From a virus (Duplodnaviria; Heunggongvirae; Uroviricota; Caudoviricetes): a stretch of 20,453 bases of DNA. Position numbers and translations under genes: made by a program. Below, piece by piece: positions 14,882 to 20,453 of this stretch; the stretch's first letter is position 1; each line of letters begins with the position of its first letter. Location: the IMG/VR virus record IMGVR_UViG_2695420718_000008; one strand, written 5' to 3'. The notes under the pieces are model-generated. The model did no database searches, was not told the DNA's origin, and was given only the letters and a program-made list of their open reading frames with translations.

Positions 14882-15208
14882 ATGGTTTTTTCAGCATTAA
14901 ATATTTATCATTCATATGGTGTGGGTAGAGTGAATATTGATGAGGCGTCGGGGTGTTTCATCCTTAGGCAGCGTATTGATATAGTCAATGCAGAACGAGC
15001 AAAGGCCTTCAGCCGTTTGACAGTTTTGTTCTGTACTCCTGATCGTCTTTCGGGAAGAGACGTTATTATTCTGAATAGTGATGCTATACAGAGGGTTTGC
15101 GATGAGTTCATGGTGGCTAATTCAGAATTATTTGCTCTTGTTCAGGAGTACAACAGAATAGCCAGGACCTGTGGTATGGATGAACTTCGGATTACTCATC
15201 TGGGGTAG
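14882..15208 (+). CDS. hypothetical protein (about 108 aa) at the stx-equivalent cargo position
   Basis: Track ORF 14852..15208 with an internal ATG at 14882; product MVFSALNIYHSYGVGRVNIDEASGCFILRQRIDIVNAERAKAF...; AT-rich; no clear SD. Confidence 0.3.
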   Translation: MVFSALNIYHSYGVGRVNIDEASGCFILRQRIDIVNAERAKAFSRLTVLFCTPDRLSGRDVIILNSDAIQRVCDEFMVANSELFALVQEYNRIARTCGMDELRITHLG

Positions 15209-15655
15209 ATACATATCTGGATTATCACCGGTTACGGTAAAAAGTGATTGCTTACTGTTTTTGTGAATGGCATTGCAGCAGCCGGATAATGTCAGTGCTG
15301 GCTGACGGTGTGCTGGTGGCGGGTGTGGTGGTTGCTGCTTTCCCGTTGCTGAAAAAGAAAACGCCAGACTGTTAGCCGGGTATCAGTTAGCGGGAGAAAT
15401 TTTTAAATACTTCACAATTCAGGCGGTTGACTGTTGTCTGGTTTGCGGGGAGTTTGTTAAAAGAAACTGGCATGGTGAATCCCCCTGTGCGGAGGGGCAA
15501 TCAGCGAGTAGGTATATGGGATAATCGCGGATTCAGGTGCTGGTACTGAATTCACCGGGAGGCACCCGGCACCATGCAATGGCACATAGCGCCACTCTCC
15601 AGCCCCTCTCCGGAGGGGCTGTTTATATTGATTTTGTCAGATGTGAGTAAACTCC

Positions 15656-15991
15656 TTATGGACTTTGTTGTTTTAGCCCATAAGGACATATTTGCAGAGT
15701 GCAACGGTTATTAAAGCATTCATTCAATACGTTATCTGTATTTGTAGGGCATTCCTGGCTGTTTTTGATTAAATTCCAGAATGTTTTATTGAATGGTACT
15801 ACGTTGTAAATGGTTACAGGCAGCACTTTGTTATTGAGCATGATGCCTGTGTGAGTCAGTGTAAATATACTTTCAGGAGGTAAGAAAGCATCCGATTGAT
15901 ACCAGATTATTAATTTTATTTTACTCCATATGACTGAAAAAGATATTCCGCATGATGGCTGGATAACTGTATCAATCACAATCCACTTCAT
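15656..15991 (-). CDS. hypothetical protein (111 aa), very AT-rich, reverse-oriented cargo gene
   Basis: Track ORF; AAGGA about 8 nt upstream of the ATG on the minus strand; product [32 protein letters not shown]...; composition is atypical, so it could be non-coding AT-rich DNA. Confidence 0.3.
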   Translation of the reverse strand: MKWIVIDTVIQPSCGISFSVIWSKIKLIIWYQSDAFLPPESIFTLTHTGIMLNNKVLPVTIYNVVPFNKTFWNLIKNSQECPTNTDNVLNECFNNRCTLQICPYGLKQQSP

Positions 15992-16251
15992 TTAGTTTCC
16001 TTGTTTATGCCTTGCTGGTGATGTTCTGAAAAGTATAAATGATATTTTTGATTGTAAACCATAGAGCAGAATTATTTTTCTGATGTTGTTTATTGTTTAT
16101 TTAAATGCAGGGTGGTTTATATCTCGTCTTGTAGTTTATCCATGCATATCTGCTTGATGATGAGGTTTTTAATTAAGGTATGGTTTTGTGTTTTTTCTGT
16201 ATTACATGTCAGGTATTTTAAAGAATCATTTTTCAGATGGTGGAAAGAACC

Positions 16252-18108
16252 ATGGCATTTAAACACTATGATGTTGTCAGGGCGGCGTCGCCGTCAGATC
16301 TTGCGGAAAAGCTGACACATAAACTGAAAGAGGGCTGGCAGCCGTTTGGTAGTCCGGTGGCCATAACCCCTTATACCCTGATGCAGGCGATTGCAGCAGA
16401 AGGTGATGTGGTCGTCAGTGGTGCAACTGAGCCGGAGTGGTACTACGTCATCGTACTGGCCGGGCAATCCAATGCCATGGCTTACGGTGAAGGGCTTCCG
16501 CTTCCGGATTCTTACGATGCGCCCCACCCACGCATTAAGCAACTGGCCCGTCGCAACACAGTGACTCCCGGTGGTAAAGCATGCGCATTTAACGACATCA
16601 TTCCGGCAGACCACTGCCTGCATGATGTTCAGGATATGAGCGCACTGAATCATCCGAAGGCAGACCTGAGCAAAGGGCAGTACGGCTGTGTCGGCCAGGG
16701 CTTACATATTGCCAAAAAACTGCTTCCGTATATCCCGAATAACGCGGGGATCCTGCTGGTACCATGCTGTCGTGGTGGTTCGGCATTCACCCAGGGCGCG
16801 GAGGGGACATTCAGTGCGGACACGGGGGCCAGCCAGGATTCGGCACGCTGGGGTGTGGGTAAACCGTTATATCAGGACCTGATCGCACGCACCAAAGCGG
16901 CATTACAGAAGAACCCGAAAAATGTGTTGCTGGCGGTGTGCTGGATGCAGGGCGAATTTGACATGAGCGCTGCCACCTACGCACAGCAACCGGACCTGTT
17001 CACGGCCATGCTGAAGCAGTTCCGTACTGACCTTTCCGGATTTAACGCGCAGTGCCATGGCGGCAGTGCTGCAGTTGTACCGTGGATTTGTGGCGACACG
17101 ACGTATTACTGGAAAAACACATACGGCACACAGTATGACTCCGTCTACGGCGCGTACAAAAACAGGGAGAGCGACAACGTTTTCTTTGTGCCGTTCATGA
17201 CCGACGGTAACGGCAACAACACGCCCACCAACTTACCGGCAGAAGACCCGGATATTGCTGATGCAGGTTATTACGGCGCGCAATCCCGTAGTAATGGTAA
17301 TTGGGTATCGTCAAATCGTCCGACACATTTCAGTTCATGGGCGCGCAGGGGCATTATTTCGGATCGCCTGGCAACCGCTATTCTGAACGCAGTTGGTCGA
17401 ACCAGCGCCTTCATCAGCGGTACCGCACCGGAGATTAAACCCTCGCCCGGCGGCGACACGCCATCGGGGCCGTCTGATGGTGACACATCCGTTCGTACAG
17501 TCTCCCTGCTGCCGACAGCCGGAGAGGCTGCTGCGCAGGGCTGGACCATCACCGGCGGCAGTGTTGCGCTGGAAGATGGTGTGTTTAAGGTTGCCAAGCA
17601 GAGCAATAAAACCTGGTCCCTGATGCATCCGGTGGATGACGCGGTCTCCCTGCTGACACGGGGTGGCAGACTGAGCTGTAAGTTTCGACTGTCAGGCGCA
17701 CTGACCAACAACCAGTTCGGTCTGGGAATTTATCTGTATACCGATGTAGCGTTACCTGACGTCGTGGCGATGACCGGGACTGGTAACCCGTTCCTGATGT
17801 CGTTCTTCACCCAGACCACAGACGGCAAACTGAATCTGATGCATCACAAGAAAGCCGGAAACACAAAGTTGGGCGAGTTCGGGAATTACAGTAACGACTG
17901 GCAGACGCTGGAGCTGGTGTTCACCGCCGGCAGTGCCACGGTTACTCCGAAACTGAATGGAGTGGCTGGCCCGGCATTCCAGGTCATAAAAGACAGTCTG
18001 ACACTGGGGCTGAATGCGCTGACGCTGACGGATATTACCAAAAATGCAGCGTATGGCGTTGAGATAGAAAGTCTGGTGCTGGAGATAAATGCACCGGCAT
18101 CATCATAA
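16252..18108 (+). CDS. NanS-p-like sialate O-acetylesterase (SGNH/DUF303 hydrolase with C-terminal extension)
   Basis: About 618 aa; motif VIVLAGQSNAMAYGEG typical of YjhS/NanS-type SGNH esterases; Gly/Thr-rich C-terminal domain; sits between the cargo locus and the holin, as in Stx phages. ATG 16252 has a better SD than 16237. Confidence 0.65.
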   Translation: MAFKHYDVVRAASPSDLAEKLTHKLKEGWQPFGSPVAITPYTLMQAIAAEGDVVVSGATEPEWYYVIVLAGQSNAMAYGEGLPLPDSYDAPHPRIKQLARRNTVTPGGKACAFNDIIPADHCLHDVQDMSALNHPKADLSKGQYGCVGQGLHIAKKLLPYIPNNAGILLVPCCRGGSAFTQGAEGTFSADTGASQDSARWGVGKPLYQDLIARTKAALQKNPKNVLLAVCWMQGEFDMSAATYAQQPDLFTAMLKQFRTDLSGFNAQCHGGSAAVVPWICGDTTYYWKNTYGTQYDSVYGAYKNRESDNVFFVPFMTDGNGNNTPTNLPAEDPDIADAGYYGAQSRSNGNWVSSNRPTHFSSWARRGIISDRLATAILNAVGRTSAFISGTAPEIKPSPGGDTPSGPSDGDTSVRTVSLLPTAGEAAAQGWTITGGSVALEDGVFKVAKQSNKTWSLMHPVDDAVSLLTRGGRLSCKFRLSGALTNNQFGLGIYLYTDVALPDVVAMTGTGNPFLMSFFTQTTDGKLNLMHHKKAGNTKLGEFGNYSNDWQTLELVFTAGSATVTPKLNGVAGPAFQVIKDSLTLGLNALTLTDITKNAAYGVEIESLVLEINAPASS

Positions 18109-18264
18109 AAAGTGAGCCAGTCAAATGGAAGGTATCGTTAAACTCACCGGTAGTGTCAGTGGGTCGTCTGAGATGCCTGCATGAGTTATCAGAGCCATCA
18201 GTACTTAACTGGTGGCTTTTTTATTTTTTATTGTTGTCAGCTTCCGGATAACGGGAGACGGGGT

Positions 18265-18480
18265 ATGTACCAGATGGAAAAAATCACAACAGGTGTGTCA
18301 TACACCACGTCAGCGGTGGGAACGGGCTACTGGTTCCTGCAGTTGCTGGACAGGGTTTCCCCGTCTCAGTGGGCGGCAATAGGCGTGCTGGGGAGTCTGC
18401 TGTTTGGGCTGCTGACATATCTGACTAACCTGTATTTCAAAATCAGAGAGGACCGTCGTAAGGCTGCACGGGGAGAGTAA
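18265..18480 (+). CDS. class II holin, phage 21 S-like (pinholin) with dual-start motif
   Basis: 71-aa product [71 protein letters not shown] closely matches remembered S21; Met1/Met4 dual start; GGGAG upstream. Confidence 0.85.
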   Translation: MYQMEKITTGVSYTTSAVGTGYWFLQLLDRVSPSQWAAIGVLGSLLFGLLTYLTNLYFKIREDRRKAARGE

Positions 18481-18484
18481 TTCA

Positions 18485-19291
18485 ATGACTCAAAACTATG
18501 AACTGATTGTGAAAGGGATCCGCAATTTTGAGAATAAAGTTACGGTAACTTTAGCGTTACGGGACAAAAAACGCTTTGACGGTGAAATTTTTGACCTGGA
18601 CATCTCGCTGGACCGTGTTGAAGGTGCCGCGCTGGAGGTTTATGAGGCAGCAGCCAGAAGGAGCATCAGACAGGTCTTCCTGGATGTTGCTGCCGGGTTA
18701 TGTGAAGGGGATGAGCTGTCGCCGGAAAAGCGCCCCATAATTTTAGAGGCGCAGGATGTGTTGATAACCTACAAAGGAAAGCTACCGGGAAGAATTACTG
18801 GTTCTCTGAAGATGCCGCCGTCAACACTGCGGTCAGAAAAAGAGGCGTCTTGTCTGCAGTCTGAGTACTCCATTACGGTTAAAAGTGCCGGAGAGGAAGG
18901 AAATAAACGTTATTTTATTGCGTCTGCACCTGATAAAGATCAGGAATGGGAGTGTAACCGGCCATCCTTTGTTGTATACGGAGATGGCGGGAAAATAACC
19001 ATCTCAGAAAATGGGAAATTAACACCGCCATCGCACCAGCATAGTGAGGCGCTCATTGAATTTGCCATTGATTACCTGAAGAACAATAAAAAGCAGGGGC
19101 TGATGAAGCGCATTGGTCGTTGCATGGGATATCTGCAGGTAGCAGCTGAGATTGAAATGATGGCCAGTGGTGCTGACAATGATGCAGTTGTGCTGGAGGC
19201 TCTTCTGCGTGATTTTGATAATACGCCCTTTAAGAAAGCACCTGTTGACTGGATGCAGCCGGGGATGACTTATCTGAAAGGGCGTATATAA
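18485..19291 (+). CDS. hypothetical protein (268 aa) inserted between holin and endolysin
   Basis: ATG 4 nt after the holin stop, preceded by GGGGAGAG; product MTQNYELIVKGIRNFENKVTVTLALRDKKRFDGEIFDLDISLDRVEGAALE... No family recognised. Confidence 0.55.
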   Translation: MTQNYELIVKGIRNFENKVTVTLALRDKKRFDGEIFDLDISLDRVEGAALEVYEAAARRSIRQVFLDVAAGLCEGDELSPEKRPIILEAQDVLITYKGKLPGRITGSLKMPPSTLRSEKEASCLQSEYSITVKSAGEEGNKRYFIASAPDKDQEWECNRPSFVVYGDGGKITISENGKLTPPSHQHSEALIEFAIDYLKNNKKQGLMKRIGRCMGYLQVAAEIEMMASGADNDAVVLEALLRDFDNTPFKKAPVDWMQPGMTYLKGRI

Positions 19292-19300
19292 GGTGGCTCG

Positions 19301-19615
19301 TTATCTGTTGCTGGATAATCGACTGAAGATGCGTTCTTTTTGTGTTTTTGCGTAATGATTGTCCCACTCACAATCAAGGTAGCTTAATTCTTCATTCAAC
19401 CAGTTATTTATATTGGTCTTAATACGCATAAGCATGGGCTGTGTTAATGCTCTGGCGATAATGCCGAGAGTCACAGGTGTGAGATGTCCATACGGCTCAG
19501 CCTGAATGGATTTTACTGCATCGTGTTCTTGTGGGAGGAGTAAGAGGCACTCTGATTTTACCCGCTCATTTATGGCTTGCAGGCATAAATCATAATTATG
19601 TTGATCGTTATGCAT
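19301..19615 (-). CDS. hypothetical protein (104 aa), convergent with the 268-aa gene, AT-rich
   Basis: Minus-strand ORF with AGAGGA 6 nt upstream of its ATG; product MHNDQHNYDLCLQAINERVKSECLLLLPQEHDAVKSIQAEPYGHL...; ends 9 bp from the stop of the 268-aa gene. Confidence 0.5.
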   Translation of the reverse strand: MHNDQHNYDLCLQAINERVKSECLLLLPQEHDAVKSIQAEPYGHLTPVTLGIIARALTQPMLMRIKTNINNWLNEELSYLDCEWDNHYAKTQKERIFSRLSSNR

Positions 19616-19743
19616 GGTTAATCCTCTACTGAAATTGTCAGATATATTTCAGCCATCAGGAAAAACGCCAGTGTCCTACCGCTGGCGGGCTGAAGATTTA
19701 ACATATCCAGGGATTCGGAACCGATAAATCCTGATAAATATCC

Positions 19744-20277
19744 ATGAACACCAAAATCAAATATGGCCTGTCGGCTGCCGTTCTGGCGTTGATTGCCATC
19801 GGTGCGCCTGCGCCTGATATTCTCGACCAGTTTCTGGATGAAAAAGAAGGTAACCACACAACGGCATACCGTGATGGTGCGGGTATCTGGACCATCTGCC
19901 GCGGTGCCACAATGGTGGATGGTAAACCTGTTATTCCGGGCATGAAACTGTCGAAGGAAAAATGCGACCAGGTTAATGCCATTGAACGGGATAAGGCGCT
20001 GGCATGGGTGGAGCGCAATATTAAAGTTCCACTGACCGAACCACAGAAAGCGGGTATAGCGTCATTCTGTCCCTATAACATTGGCCCCGGTAAGTGTTTC
20101 CCGTCGACGTTTTATAAGCGGCTGAATGCTGGTGACCGCAGGGGAGCGTGTGAGGCGATTCGCTGGTGGATTAAGGACGGTGGCAGAGACTGCCGTATTC
20201 GTTCAAACAACTGCTACGGTCAGGTATCCCGTCGTGACCAGGAGAGCGCGCTGGCGTGCTGGGGTATCGACAGATAA
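19744..20277 (+). CDS. SAR endolysin (T4-lysozyme-like muramidase with N-terminal signal-anchor-release domain)
   Basis: 177 aa; hydrophobic Gly/Ala-rich N-terminus YGLSAAVLALIAIGAPAP; catalytic E-x8-D-x5-T triad in EGNHTTAYRDGAGIWT; partners with the pinholin. Confidence 0.85.
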   Translation: MNTKIKYGLSAAVLALIAIGAPAPDILDQFLDEKEGNHTTAYRDGAGIWTICRGATMVDGKPVIPGMKLSKEKCDQVNAIERDKALAWVERNIKVPLTEPQKAGIASFCPYNIGPGKCFPSTFYKRLNAGDRRGACEAIRWWIKDGGRDCRIRSNNCYGQVSRRDQESALACWGIDR

Positions 20278-20372
20278 GCAGAATATTTTGCTGAAAAATA
20301 AGGCATGGCCACGCGGGCGGATAACATGAAATCCTGCGAACTGGCGAAACGTAAGTGAATAAAAGTAAAAAC

Positions 20373-20404
20373 CCCGTTTGTTGGCACCAAGCGGGGTTTT
20401 GTGT
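20373..20404 (+). terminator. putative rho-independent terminator downstream of the endolysin
   Basis: Stem CCCCGTTTG / CAAGCGGGG (one G-U pair) with 7-nt loop, followed by TTTTGTGTTT. Confidence 0.4.
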
Positions 20405-20453
20405 TTCCTGACTCCGGAAAAGTCAAAGGAGAAAGTGTGTTTGATTTTAGCAA

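Noticed and set aside
15289-15375. 28-codon ORF encoding a hydrophobic peptide (MSVLADGVLVAGVVVAAFPLLKKKTPDC), a possible type I toxin-like peptide
   Set aside because: It lacks a recognisable SD and lies in GC-rich sequence where short valine/alanine/glycine-rich frames arise by chance; it is worth checking only if expression data exist.
14750-16251. Shiga toxin stxA/stxB genes at the canonical position
   Set aside because: No ORF of the right size or sequence (about 319-aa A subunit, about 89-aa B subunit) is present; the backbone is Stx-phage-like but the toxin genes are absent.
16294-17711. Several ORFs antisense or out of frame within the nanS-p-like gene (16294..16653, 16598..16786, 16688..16882, 17271..17711, 17335..17628, 17393..17623)
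   Set aside because: They are nested in a long, well-supported gene and have low-complexity translations, so are not independent genes.
20278-20453. Absence of Rz/Rz1 spanin genes directly after the endolysin
   Set aside because: Only about 175 bp of sequence remain after the endolysin and a new gene appears to start near 20436 (AAGGAG followed by GTG); spanins may lie beyond the window, so absence cannot be judged.

Overview
The whole window reads as one lambdoid prophage of an enterobacterial host, running from the leftward early operon to the lysis cassette, with no integrase, transposase, rRNA or CRISPR array present. All calls rest on reading the translations and sequence by eye; no database search was run. 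Minus strand at the left end: a Qin-like dicB operon (ydfA, ydfB, ydfC, an extra AT-rich gene, dicF sRNA, dicB, ydfD, partial ydfE-like) and a DicA/RacR-like repressor. Plus strand: cro-like and YdaT-like genes, an O-like initiator with internal TCACGAC iterons, a lambda P-like loader, nin-like genes, a QueH-like gene, hokD, a DUF968 protein, rusA, Q, an orphan methyltransferase, two tRNAs (CAU and Arg-UCU), a NanS-p-like esterase, an S21-like pinholin and a SAR endolysin. The backbone resembles Stx-converting phages, but no Shiga toxin genes are present. Four low-GC insertions interrupt this backbone. The strongest candidate for an undescribed system is a two-gene cassette at 8168-9902 (unknown 216-aa protein plus an XRE-HTH/HEXXH-peptidase fusion) bracketed by two copies of the same terminator. 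The others are a convergent gene pair between pinholin and endolysin, the cargo at the stx-equivalent locus, and a convergent pair inside the dicB operon.
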